From Rhodomicrobium sp. (GTDB lineage: Bacteria > Pseudomonadota > Alphaproteobacteria > Rhizobiales > Rhodomicrobiaceae): a stretch of DNA of 64,000 nt. Positions 21,526 through 31,871 of the stretch are shown here, piece by piece. The stretch spans positions 2,872 through 66,871 of the forward strand of contig JBKQOR010000125.1 of the NCBI GenBank assembly GCA_052145435.1, given 5' to 3'. The translations under genes were made by a program, and so were the position numbers. Under the pieces are notes generated by a model, which ran no database searches, was not told the DNA's origin, and saw only the letters and a list, made by a program, of their open reading frames with translations. Every line of letters begins with the position of its first letter. The first letter of the stretch is position 1.

Positions 21526-22281
21526 ATGCATCTCGATTGGTGGACCATAGCGCTGCAGACGATCAACTTCGTCATCCTGGCCGCCCTGTTGCATCGCTTT
21601 CTTTACAAGCCGGTGCTTCGCACGATCGACGCGCGCAAGGCGGAAGTGCAGCAGCAGTATGACGCCGCTAAGGTGGTCGAGGACAAGGCTCAGGCCGGGC
21701 TTGCAGCAATTGAAGCCCAACGTGAGGGAATAGAGGCCGAACGCGAGACGACGCTTAGAACGGCCGCAACGCAAGCAGAGGAGGAGACGCAGGCGCGCCG
21801 CGCCAAGGCCGAACGCGATGCCCAAGCGCTCCTTGGCGAGGCGCGTAAGATGCTCGCCGCCGAGCGCGAACGCGCCCTTGAAGAAGCCCGCCGCGCCGCT
21901 CTCGATCTTGGTACCGACTTTGCGAGGCGCCTTCTCGGCCAAGTCCCCATGCCGCTTCGCGCCGAGGCTTGGCTCGAACGGATCGAGCAGCATCTGGATG
22001 CGCTGCCGCAGACCGAACGCGATTCTCTCGCAGGTCAGCTCACGAACGGCCATGCTCTGACCGTGGTGACCGCTGCACCGCTCGCTGTTGCTACCGCCGA
22101 CGCTTGGAAAAGCCGTTTGCACCGTTCGCTAGGGCGGGCCATTGACATCGCCTTCGAAGTGGACCCTGAGCTTGTCGCCGGTGCGGAGCTGCATTTTCCC
22201 ACCGCCGTTCTGCGTTTATCTTGGGCAAGCGAGCTTGCGTCCATGCGCTTGGAGATCGGCAACCATGGCCACGCTCACTGA
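21526..22281 (+). CDS. atpF: N-ATPase subunit b with delta-like C-terminal extension
   Basis: LQTINFVILAALLHRFLYKPV, a coiled coil, then FEVDPELVAGAEL (delta/OSCP-like). There is no separate atpH. Confidence 0.9.
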   Translation: MHLDWWTIALQTINFVILAALLHRFLYKPVLRTIDARKAEVQQQYDAAKVVEDKAQAGLAAIEAQREGIEAERETTLRTAATQAEEETQARRAKAERDAQALLGEARKMLAAERERALEEARRAALDLGTDFARRLLGQVPMPLRAEAWLERIEQHLDALPQTERDSLAGQLTNGHALTVVTAAPLAVATADAWKSRLHRSLGRAIDIAFEVDPELVAGAELHFPTAVLRLSWASELASMRLEIGNHGHAH

Positions 22282-23782
22282 GGACCTGCGAGAGTGGCTC
22301 AGGAAGAGCCGCCAACGTATCGCGGCCCTGCCGCTTGAACCGAAGCTGGAGCAGATCGGCCGGGTTGTTCGGGCCGGTGACGGCGTGGCGACGGTTCGCG
22401 GCCTACCGGACACGCGTCTTGATGAGTTGCTCGTTTTTGAAGGCGGCGTGCACGGTCTTGCGGTCGATCTCGGCGAAGATGCGATCGGATGCGTGCTGCT
22501 AGGCGGCATCAGCGGGATTGCTTCCGGCAGTATTGTGCGCGGCACCGCCGAAGTAGCGCGCGTTCCCGTAGGCGACGCCTTGCTCGGCCGAGTGGTCGAT
22601 GCGCTGGGAGTCCCGCTCGATGGCGGTGAGCCGCCGGAGGCCGCGTTGTTTGCGCCGGTCGAGCGGCCGGCACCCGCGATCGTCGACCGCTCGCTCGTGA
22701 CGCAGCCGCTTGCCACCGGGCTCCTCGTCATCGATGCCATGATCCCCTTGGGCAGGGGCCAGCGCGAACTCATTATCGGCGACCGCGGAACGGGGAAAAC
22801 CGCCATCGCCGTCGACACGATCATCAATCAGCGATCGAGCGACGTTATTTGCGTCTACGCAGCCGTTGGCCAGAAGGCATCATCGGTCGCGCAGGCGATC
22901 GAGGCTGTGCGCCACTACGGTGCGCCAGAGCGGTGTCTTTTTGTGATCGGTGAAGCCAACGCCCCACCGGGTCTGCAGTGGCTTACGCCCTATGCCGCTT
23001 GCACCATGGCGGAATATTTCATGGAGCGCGGGCGCGACGTTCTCTTGGTCATCGATGACCTCACAAAGCATGCGGCTATCTACAGGCAAATATCGCTCTT
23101 GCTGCGCAGGCCTCCTGGGCGCGAGGCTTACCCCGGCGATATCTTCTACATCCATTCGCGCCTGCTCGAACGCGCAGCGAAGCTTTCGCCCGGGCGAGGC
23201 GGCGGTTCTCTCACGGCCCTGCCCATCGCGGAGACGCAGGCCGGCAATATCAGTGCTTATATCCCTACGAATCTCATTTCGATTACCGACGGCCAAATCT
23301 ATCTCGATCCGCGCCTCTTCTACGAGGACCAGAAGCCTGCCGCCAATGTTGGCAAGAGTGTATCGCGTGTTGGCGGCAAGACACAGGCCCCAGCGCTCAA
23401 GACTTTGTCGGACAGTCTGCGGCTTGAATACGCGCAGTTTCTCGAACTGGAAGTGTTCACCCGCTTCGGCTCCATGGTTGATGAGCGCACACGGAAGGTC
23501 ATCGAGCACGGCAAACGCATCCGGGCGGTGCTCGGGCAGCGGCAATTCCAGCCGATGTCCCTTGGCGAGCAGGTGGCAATCCTCTGCGCGCTCGACGATG
23601 GCATGCTCGATCTCCTGCCGCTCGATCGCGTAGGAGCTTTCCGCGATGCAATTGGTCCGTGGCTTGCCGAAAACTGTCCTGAAATCGCCGCGCTCGACGA
23701 CCGGTCGGTAGCGCTGCCCGGCGAGTCCCGCGCCTGGCTGAAATCGGCGCTAAAAGCGCTCGCGCAATCGTTACCGGTGTAA
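22265..23782 (+). CDS. atpA: N-ATPase subunit alpha
   Basis: GRGQRELIIGDRGTGKT, LLRRPPGREAYPGD, ISITDGQI. Confidence 0.95.
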   Translation: MATLTEDLREWLRKSRQRIAALPLEPKLEQIGRVVRAGDGVATVRGLPDTRLDELLVFEGGVHGLAVDLGEDAIGCVLLGGISGIASGSIVRGTAEVARVPVGDALLGRVVDALGVPLDGGEPPEAALFAPVERPAPAIVDRSLVTQPLATGLLVIDAMIPLGRGQRELIIGDRGTGKTAIAVDTIINQRSSDVICVYAAVGQKASSVAQAIEAVRHYGAPERCLFVIGEANAPPGLQWLTPYAACTMAEYFMERGRDVLLVIDDLTKHAAIYRQISLLLRRPPGREAYPGDIFYIHSRLLERAAKLSPGRGGGSLTALPIAETQAGNISAYIPTNLISITDGQIYLDPRLFYEDQKPAANVGKSVSRVGGKTQAPALKTLSDSLRLEYAQFLELEVFTRFGSMVDERTRKVIEHGKRIRAVLGQRQFQPMSLGEQVAILCALDDGMLDLLPLDRVGAFRDAIGPWLAENCPEIAALDDRSVALPGESRAWLKSALKALAQSLPV

Positions 23783-23807
23783 AAGAAACCCGCGCGGATA
23801 GGCAGCC

Positions 23808-24656
23808 ATGCAACGTCTTACCGAACTCCAAGATCGCATCGCCAGCATGGGCGAGCTTCAGGATATCGTAAGCGCAATGCGATCGCTGGCGGGTATGCGC
23901 GTACAGGAAGCCCAGCAGGCACTCCCCGGTATCCGGCGGTATGCCGAGTCGATGGCAGCCGCGATCGGCGCGGCCCTCATGCTTATGGCGCGTCAGGAGC
24001 CGGCGCCACAGGGCAGGCAAGGAATTCGAGTGCTTATCCTATGTACGTCAGAGCATGGCTTTGTCGCGGGCTTTAATGAGCGGCTTATCGAAGCGGCAGA
24101 AGCAGAGATCAAAACCCGCGATGTACTTTTTGCGCTCGGTAGCCGCGGCGCGGCGCTCGCGCTTGAGCGAGGCCTGCAACCAGCTTGGGCAAGCCCTATG
24201 GCCTCCCGGCTCGCTGGGGCTCCGGACACAGTCAATCAGCTTACAAGAGAACTCTATAGCCGCATTGCGCAGGGCGAGATCTCCCGCGTGGAGGTCATGT
24301 TCAGCCGCTACCGCCAGGGTGTTCAATCGACAATCGAACGGCGCCTGCTCCTGCCGCTCGACACCGCTTCCCTTGCCGCTGCACAGCCGCGCCAGGAGCC
24401 GCTTCACAACCTGGAGCCGGCGGCTCTCTTTGAGAAGCTCGCGGCTGAATATGTGTTCGCACTGTTGACTGAGGCGGCTGTGGAATCGATCGCAAGCGAA
24501 AATGCGGCGCGCTTCTCGGCCATGGAGGCCGCCTGCGATAACGTCCAGAAGAAGCTCGAGCAATTGCAGCAGGACGCCAGCCAAGCCCGGCAGATCGAGA
24601 TCACCAGCGAGTTGCTCGACCTTGTGACCGGTGCGGAAGCGCTATCTGGCACATGA
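23808..24656 (+). CDS. atpG: N-ATPase subunit gamma
   Basis: IVSAMRSLAG, SENAARFSAMEAA, RQIEITSELLDLVTGAEA. Confidence 0.93.
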   Translation: MQRLTELQDRIASMGELQDIVSAMRSLAGMRVQEAQQALPGIRRYAESMAAAIGAALMLMARQEPAPQGRQGIRVLILCTSEHGFVAGFNERLIEAAEAEIKTRDVLFALGSRGAALALERGLQPAWASPMASRLAGAPDTVNQLTRELYSRIAQGEISRVEVMFSRYRQGVQSTIERRLLLPLDTASLAAAQPRQEPLHNLEPAALFEKLAAEYVFALLTEAAVESIASENAARFSAMEAACDNVQKKLEQLQQDASQARQIEITSELLDLVTGAEALSGT

Positions 24657-24674
24657 GTGACGGCCGCAGCCTGC

Positions 24675-26207
<1,533 letters not shown>

Positions 26208-26334
26208 GGGGCAAACCTAAGCGGGACGACGGCTTCTTATGCCCGATGCCTGCGCCATATCAAACAGGAAATCAATATCGAACAGCAAAAGAGCGGCCGG
26301 CGGGACCTGCTCGCATCGTCCTCGCCGGCGGCGC

Positions 26335-26772
26335 TCAAGCGCCTATTACGGCGATCTGCACGTCAACGTTGCCACGTGTGGCATGTGAGTAGGGGCAAAT
26401 CTTTTCGTGCGCCTCCTTGGCGATGGCCTCTAGTTCAGCCTTCGGCAGGCTCTTATCTTCGACTCGAAGCCTGACGGCCAACCCAAACCCGCCGCCTTCG
26501 CGCGGCCCGATCGACACATCCGCGGTGACGCTCGCCTTGGTTGCGTCCTTCTTGTGCTGCTTTGCCACGAAGTCCAATGCTCCGCCGAAGCAGGCGGCAT
26601 AGCCAGCGGCGAACAGATGCTCTGGGGTTGCGGTTCCGGGCTTGCCCGGGCCCCCCATGGCTTTCGGCACCGATAGATCGGCCTTTACGGCTCCGTCGCT
26701 TGACTCAGTGTGGCCATTACGGCCGCCCGTCGCTGTCGCGGTAGCCGTGTAAAGCGGCTTGATTATATCCAT
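26335..26772 (-). CDS. ohr: Organic hydroperoxide resistance protein
   Basis: TATGGRNG, TPEHLFAAGYAACF, CPYSHATRGN with both catalytic Cys. Confidence 0.95.
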   Translation of the reverse strand: MDIIKPLYTATATATGGRNGHTESSDGAVKADLSVPKAMGGPGKPGTATPEHLFAAGYAACFGGALDFVAKQHKKDATKASVTADVSIGPREGGGFGLAVRLRVEDKSLPKAELEAIAKEAHEKICPYSHATRGNVDVQIAVIGA

Positions 26773-27035
26773 GACCTGCTCCTTGCATTCGTAAAGGCTA
26801 AGTTAATGACCAGCGCTGCAAAAGCGTTCCGCAGGCGGGCGCCGTGATCCGCAAACGCGCCCAGCTTCTGTAGAGCGCGGATAGCGCTTCGCACAGGCCA
26901 TGGAGGCTTTGCCTGCACGCCGCCGCGCCCCGCATTTCCGGCGGAGGAACGCGAGGCGCCCTGGCGCGTTTTGGTTGTGCGCCTGCAAAAGTTCTGTTAG
27001 ACAAGCCGCTCAGCCGGATTAAAGTGCCAGGCGTT

Positions 27036-27119
27036 GCGGTCGTGGCGGAACGGTAGACGCGCTAGCTTGAGGTGCTAGTGGGGCAACCCGTGGAAGTTCG
27101 AGTCTTCTCGACCGCACCA
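27036..27119 (+). tRNA. tRNA-Leu(GAG)
   Basis: Acceptor GCGGTCG/CGACCGC, anticodon arm CTAGC-TT-GAG-GT-GCTAG, long variable arm, GTTCGAG T-loop, encoded CCA. Confidence 0.97.
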
Positions 27120-27136
27120 TTTTCCCCTTCTAACTT

Positions 27137-27274
27137 ATCTATTAGCCGTAATATCGTGCCCCACTTCGCCCGCTACGAGCCTTCTGTGGAGGCCACTTCG
27201 CAGAAATAGCTTGGTCCAAAAATGATTTTCCCATTTTAAAATCTACAGCGCGCCTCAGGTTACGGCTAATAGAT
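27137..27274. repeat. Perfect 15-bp inverted repeat pair
   Basis: ATCTATTAGCCGTAA (27137-27151) and TTACGGCTAATAGAT (27260-27274), 108 bp apart. Confidence 0.7.
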
Positions 27275-27439
27275 ACCGCGCGCTGTTAGTGTGTTGCTAC
27301 TGATTCGTTTTATTTTTGAAGACTTTTAGTATGCAATCCCCAATAAGTTAAAGCGGTGGAAAATCTTATTTTTGGGATGCCCTTTTTTGCGCATTCCCCA
27401 CATGGACATTTGGACACGGGAATGGAGGAATAATTTGGG

Positions 27440-28330
27440 ATGACTGAAAACGATCAAATCGGTGCGGAACCCAGCACGTGGCGAAATTTCTCTATTCATT
27501 TCCCAATACCAGCGTGCCGTTTGTCACGTCCGGAGCTTAAGCGGCTTTATCAGATAATAGATACAAAGCAAAAAGAGTATAGAGACAGGGCGCTGACCGC
27601 TCTATTCCTAGTTCAAGGGGAAACAGAGGAACATTTTGAAGCGCGACGAGCGGAGGCTTTTAATGCATTCGTTACGTCTGTAACAATAACTGGCGTCAAT
27701 AATGAAATCATTACGGCCAACAATGAGCAAGTATTTGAAGATGCGGATATGCCAACCGCGATTCAATCTATTTTCTACACAACAATGAGCGTGCCGCAAG
27801 CCGTTTTAAAACACTTGCCAGGGGATAGAATTACGGTCCTTTTGGATTTTTCGAGCTCACCTTTCTTTGACTTTGATAAACTTCCTACTTTACCTACGCC
27901 GAATATAAGTAACTTTGAAATATATGCGAAAAACGAACAATGGTTTGCCGCTGCCAAACTACGTCTCAGTGAGTTTTTTTCAGACAGACAAACAAAACAC
28001 AATTGGCTGCATCGGTCTGCGGTTTATGATATTCTTTTAGCTTTAGTCGGTTTACCTATGGCTGTCTTAGCATCGTTACGCGTAGCAACAAATTTTAAAG
28101 AAATAGATAATCTATCTCTGATACCTCGCTCTCTTATATACGTTTATGTGTTTTATGTTACTTTAATAATATTTAGGCTTATTTTCTCCTATGCTCGCTG
28201 GGTTCTTCCAAAAGTAGAGATGTCTTCCGAGGTTCAATCTTCACAAGTCGCGCATAGGTTTATATTGGGAGCTATAATACTCGCTGTGATCGGCGAATTT
28301 GTTTTCGAAATTATAAAAATAGCTGTATAA
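27440..28330 (+). CDS. Hypothetical protein, soluble N-terminal domain plus C-terminal TM helices, AT-rich codon usage
   Basis: 296-aa ORF with GGAGG upstream and three hydrophobic segments in the last third. Confidence 0.8.
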   Translation: MTENDQIGAEPSTWRNFSIHFPIPACRLSRPELKRLYQIIDTKQKEYRDRALTALFLVQGETEEHFEARRAEAFNAFVTSVTITGVNNEIITANNEQVFEDADMPTAIQSIFYTTMSVPQAVLKHLPGDRITVLLDFSSSPFFDFDKLPTLPTPNISNFEIYAKNEQWFAAAKLRLSEFFSDRQTKHNWLHRSAVYDILLALVGLPMAVLASLRVATNFKEIDNLSLIPRSLIYVYVFYVTLIIFRLIFSYARWVLPKVEMSSEVQSSQVAHRFILGAIILAVIGEFVFEIIKIAV

Positions 28331-28458
28331 GCGTGTGATGTACGTCTTACATCAAAGTGACTTGAAACAGCGACTTACGCCTTCCTATGGATGCTCTCGA
28401 CCACCCATTTCCTTCAAATATGAAAAATGAAAAGGGCCGCAGAGCAGCCCGGGGTGCA

Positions 28459-28869
28459 TCAAGCATCCTTCTCGCAATTGATCATCCAAGGGATGCCGAA
28501 CCGGTCGGCAACCATGCCGAAGCGTGCCGCCCAGAAGGTCTTGTCCAAGGCCATGCGCACGTGCCCGCCCTCAGCCAAAGCTGCGAACACCCGCTCGGCC
28601 TCGGCCACCTTGGCGATGTTGAGCGAAACGGAGAACCCTTGCGGTTTATGATAATGCTCCGCCCGCGCATCGGAGCCCATCAACATTTGCCCGTTCACCT
28701 CGAGGGAGGCGTGCATGATTTTATTGCGCCACTCCTGCGGCACATGATCCGCCGCGGGCGTCCCCTCGAAGGTCAGCATGCCCTTAATCTTGCCGCCGAA
28801 GGTCTTCTCGTAAAATTTGAAGGCTTCCTCGCAGCGTCCATCGAAAAAAAGGTAAGGATTAAGTTGCAT
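28459..28869 (-). CDS. VOC family (PhnB-like) protein
   Basis: MQLNPYLFFDGRCEEAFKFY, KIMHASL, FGMVADRFGIPWMIN. Confidence 0.9.
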   Translation of the reverse strand: MQLNPYLFFDGRCEEAFKFYEKTFGGKIKGMLTFEGTPAADHVPQEWRNKIMHASLEVNGQMLMGSDARAEHYHKPQGFSVSLNIAKVAEAERVFAALAEGGHVRMALDKTFWAARFGMVADRFGIPWMINCEKDA

Positions 28870-28952
28870 GGATTGCTCTCCTTGGCGTGACCCCTGTAAC
28901 GGCTTTTACACCGCATTGGCAGGCTTTGTTCCTCGCGGCAAGGGGTGCGGAC

Positions 28953-29447
28953 TCACGCGTTGCGAAGTCTCGCGCGGAAATCGTGGGCCTGATCGCCGGC
29001 GGGCTGATAGCGTATGCTGAACTCACCGAGCGCTTTGACGAAGGCCTCGGCATCGGCGCGTTTCTTCACCTCATAGGCGTTGAAGCCCGCGCGCGCCATG
29101 AACAGGAACTGGTCCCTGAGCACATCGCCCGTCGCACGGATTTCGCCCTTGAAGCCATGGCGCTCCCGCAGACGCCGGGCCTGGGTGTAGGCGCGCCCGT
29201 CGCGGAAGACCGGGAACTCGAGCGCAATCAAGGCAAGTTGCGAGAGGTACGGCGCAAGCTCGCTTTCGGGCCTGTCGTTCGGCCAAGCCACGCCCAAGGG
29301 CGCGCTCCGGCTTGCGATCTCCCCCGGTGCGGCGGCAAAAAGCCAATCCGGCGACACAATTGCGGGCACATCCGGCGGCACGGGCTCGTCACCTTCGATA
29401 TAAACCCATGGATCGTCCACGGCCACGCCGTCTTTAATGTAGCGCAT
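28953..29447 (-). CDS. DUF934 protein (CysI partner)
   Basis: IALEFPVFRDGRAYTQARRLRER.GFKGEIRATGDVLRDQ. Confidence 0.9.
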   Translation of the reverse strand: MRYIKDGVAVDDPWVYIEGDEPVPPDVPAIVSPDWLFAAAPGEIASRSAPLGVAWPNDRPESELAPYLSQLALIALEFPVFRDGRAYTQARRLRERHGFKGEIRATGDVLRDQFLFMARAGFNAYEVKKRADAEAFVKALGEFSIRYQPAGDQAHDFRARLRNA

Positions 29448-31092
29448 GGAGCGTCTCCTTGAACGGCGTCACGCCCAGCCGCTTCACAGTGTCGATGAAA
29501 AGCTCGTTTTCGTCGAGGCGGAGATCGAGATAGCGGCTGACGATACGCTCGACGGTCCCCGCAACCTCCTCATAGGGAATGGCGGGCCCCAAAAGCTCGC
29601 CGAGCGCCGCGTCCTCATCGGCCTTGCCGCCGAGCGTGATCTGATAAAACTCCTTGCCGTTCTTCTCCACCCCAAGGATGCCGATATGGCCGATATGGTG
29701 ATGGCCGCACGCGTTGATGCACCCCGAGATGTTGATGTGCAGCCGCCCGATGGACTGCGCCTGGCCGCCCGAGGCAAAGCGCTGGGCAATCTCCATCGCA
29801 ACGGGGATCGAGCGTGCATTGGCAAGGCTGCAATAATCGAGGCCCGGGCAGGAGATAATATCGGTAATAAGGCCAGTATTCGGCGTTGCAACGCGGATCG
29901 TATCCAGCTCTTTCCAAAGAACGGGAAGATCTTGCTGGCGCACATGCGGCAGGACGAGGTTCTGATCGTGGCCAACGCGGATTTCGCCACAGCTGAAACG
30001 GTCCGCGAGGTCTGCAATGGCTTCCATCTGTCCCGAGGTCAAGTCGCCGGGCGGCTTGCCGGGGGGCTTCAGCGAAAGCGTGACAATCGTATAGCCGGGG
30101 ATTTTATGCGTCGCCGTTGAGTTGCGGTGCCAGAGCGCGAAGCGTGCATCCACTCCAAGCGCGGTCTTGAGCACGGCCGGATCGTTTTCCAGCGTTTCAT
30201 AGCCGGGATAGACGAAGCGCGAGCGGATATCGGCAACAAAGGCCGGATCGAGCTTCAGATAGCCGTCTTCGATCTGCGCCCATTCTTCCTCCACCTCAGC
30301 AGCAAAGCGCTCCACGCCAAGATCGTGCACCAGGATCTTGATGCGCGCTTTGTAGATGTTATCGCGGCGGCCATGAGTATTGTAGACGCGCAAGATCGCT
30401 TCGACGTAGCTCAGCAAGTCTTGTTTCGGCAGAAAACCCCGGATAACCTTGGCGATGAAGGGCGAACGCCCGAGGCCGCCGCCCGCGGAAACCTCGAAGC
30501 CGGTTTCGCCGCCCGCGATCTTGACGATGCGAAGGCCGATGTCATGGACCTTCACGGCGGCGCGGTCGTCCGGCGCACCTGTAATGGCGATTTTGAATTT
30601 TCTCGGCAGAAACGTGAATTCCGGGTGCATTGTAGACCACTGCCGCAAGATTTCAGCCCAGAACCGGGGATCCTCGATCTCGCCGGGCGCGACACCGCCC
30701 CATTGATCGGTCGTGATATTGCGGATGCAGTTGCCCGAGGTCTGCATGGCATGAACCCCGGCTCCGGCCAAGTCCTCCAGCACCTGCGGCATATCGGAGA
30801 GCTTGATCCAATTCAGCTGCAAATTTTGCCGTGTCGTGAAATGGCCGTAGCCGCGATCGTAAGTGCGGGCGACATGGGCGAGTTTGCGAAGCTGGCCGGA
30901 CGAAAGCGTGCCGTAAGGGATGGCGATCCGCAGCATATAAGCGTGCAGCTGCAAATAGACCCCGTTCATAAGGCGCAGCGGCTTGAACTCGTCCTCGGTC
31001 AGCTCGCCCGAAAGGCGCCGCGCCACTTGATCGCGGAACTGCGCTGCCCGCTCCGCAATGAAGGTACGGTCGAATTCATTGTAAGTATACAT
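29434..31092 (-). CDS. cysI: Nitrite/sulfite reductase hemoprotein subunit
   Basis: FKPLRLMNGVY, TTRQNLQ, SGNCIRN, LPRKFKIA. Siroheme/Fe-S ligands CPGLDYC and SGCINACG. Confidence 0.92.
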   Translation of the reverse strand: MYTYNEFDRTFIAERAAQFRDQVARRLSGELTEDEFKPLRLMNGVYLQLHAYMLRIAIPYGTLSSGQLRKLAHVARTYDRGYGHFTTRQNLQLNWIKLSDMPQVLEDLAGAGVHAMQTSGNCIRNITTDQWGGVAPGEIEDPRFWAEILRQWSTMHPEFTFLPRKFKIAITGAPDDRAAVKVHDIGLRIVKIAGGETGFEVSAGGGLGRSPFIAKVIRGFLPKQDLLSYVEAILRVYNTHGRRDNIYKARIKILVHDLGVERFAAEVEEEWAQIEDGYLKLDPAFVADIRSRFVYPGYETLENDPAVLKTALGVDARFALWHRNSTATHKIPGYTIVTLSLKPPGKPPGDLTSGQMEAIADLADRFSCGEIRVGHDQNLVLPHVRQQDLPVLWKELDTIRVATPNTGLITDIISCPGLDYCSLANARSIPVAMEIAQRFASGGQAQSIGRLHINISGCINACGHHHIGHIGILGVEKNGKEFYQITLGGKADEDAALGELLGPAIPYEEVAGTVERIVSRYLDLRLDENELFIDTVKRLGVTPFKETLHALH

Positions 31093-31117
31093 TGGGCTCC
31101 GGATTGGCTTGGTGTGA

Positions 31118-31226
31118 GGCCCCCTCACCCCAACCCTCTCCCGGCAAGCTCGCCTTGGCGAGCTTGCAACTCGGAGTGCCCGAATCCGCGAGCGGATTCG
31201 GGGCGGGAGAGGGACAGGGTGAGGGG
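31118..31226. repeat. Modular CCCCTCACCC...GGGTGAGGGG palindromic element, copy a
   Basis: Terminal inverted repeats with internal hairpins GCAAGCTCGCCTTGGCGAGCTTGC and CGAATCCGCGAGCGGATTCG. Confidence 0.8.
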
Positions 31227-31271
31227 TGAGTCAAACATTGTGCAGGTTGGTATTATTTCTATTGGAAAGCG

Positions 31272-31601
31272 CTAAGCCGCCACCCTTTGCGGTCTGGCGG
31301 CGGGCAGCGCGAAGGTTGGGCCGCCGGTGCGGATGAGCTCGCGCAGATTTCCGGGCTGGGCTGCGGTCTGGCTGGCATCGATCGGGGCCAAATAGGCACC
31401 AACCGCTTCGAGCCCGTCCGACTGCGCGGCCTTCAGTGCAGCATGCGCTTCTTCCGCGGTCCATAGAACGGCTGCGGACTGAAGGTTCTGCGTCCAAAGG
31501 CCGGACTTGGCGAGATATACGACGGCACCGTCCGAAAGCCGGTTGGCCGTGACGGCCACGGGGCCGCTAACCCGAAGTTTCTGCTGAAGTGGTGATACCA
31601 T
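31272..31601 (-). CDS. DUF2849 protein
   Basis: VTANRLSDGAVVYL...LRELIRTGGPT. Conventional position upstream of cysI. Confidence 0.85.
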   Translation of the reverse strand: MVSPLQQKLRVSGPVAVTANRLSDGAVVYLAKSGLWTQNLQSAAVLWTAEEAHAALKAAQSDGLEAVGAYLAPIDASQTAAQPGNLRELIRTGGPTFALPAARPQRVAA

Positions 31602-31871
31602 GGCTTTTCGCCCCATCCCCTGAACCATTCGCGGCGCCAAAATGGCGCCCAGCTGGACAAGAAGTTTGGCGAAATGCAGAAAATTCTCAAGGTAAAATCG
31701 CCTCGTTATGAAAAATAAGTGCTAGTTCGCTGCAATGCCGGGCGAACCTGAGAAAATATTTTGCAGGAGGAGGGTAAACGAAAATAACAGCCCGCATTTC
31801 CTCAAGTTCACAAAAAAGTCCGGCGAGGCCGGGCCTTCAGGTGTTGCGAAGGAACTTTCTGAGGCTCACTA

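Larger units (their letters stand above)
27120..28410. mobile_element. AT-rich one-gene islet at the tRNA-Leu 3' end, no integrase
   Basis: Abrupt AT enrichment. A degenerate copy of the tRNA 3' end at 28395-28410 (TCTCGACCACCCATTT vs TCTCGACCGCACCATTT at 27106-27122). Confidence 0.5.

Noticed and set aside
21526-22281. Missing atpH and elongated subunit b
   Set aside because: A defining, already described property of N-ATPases.
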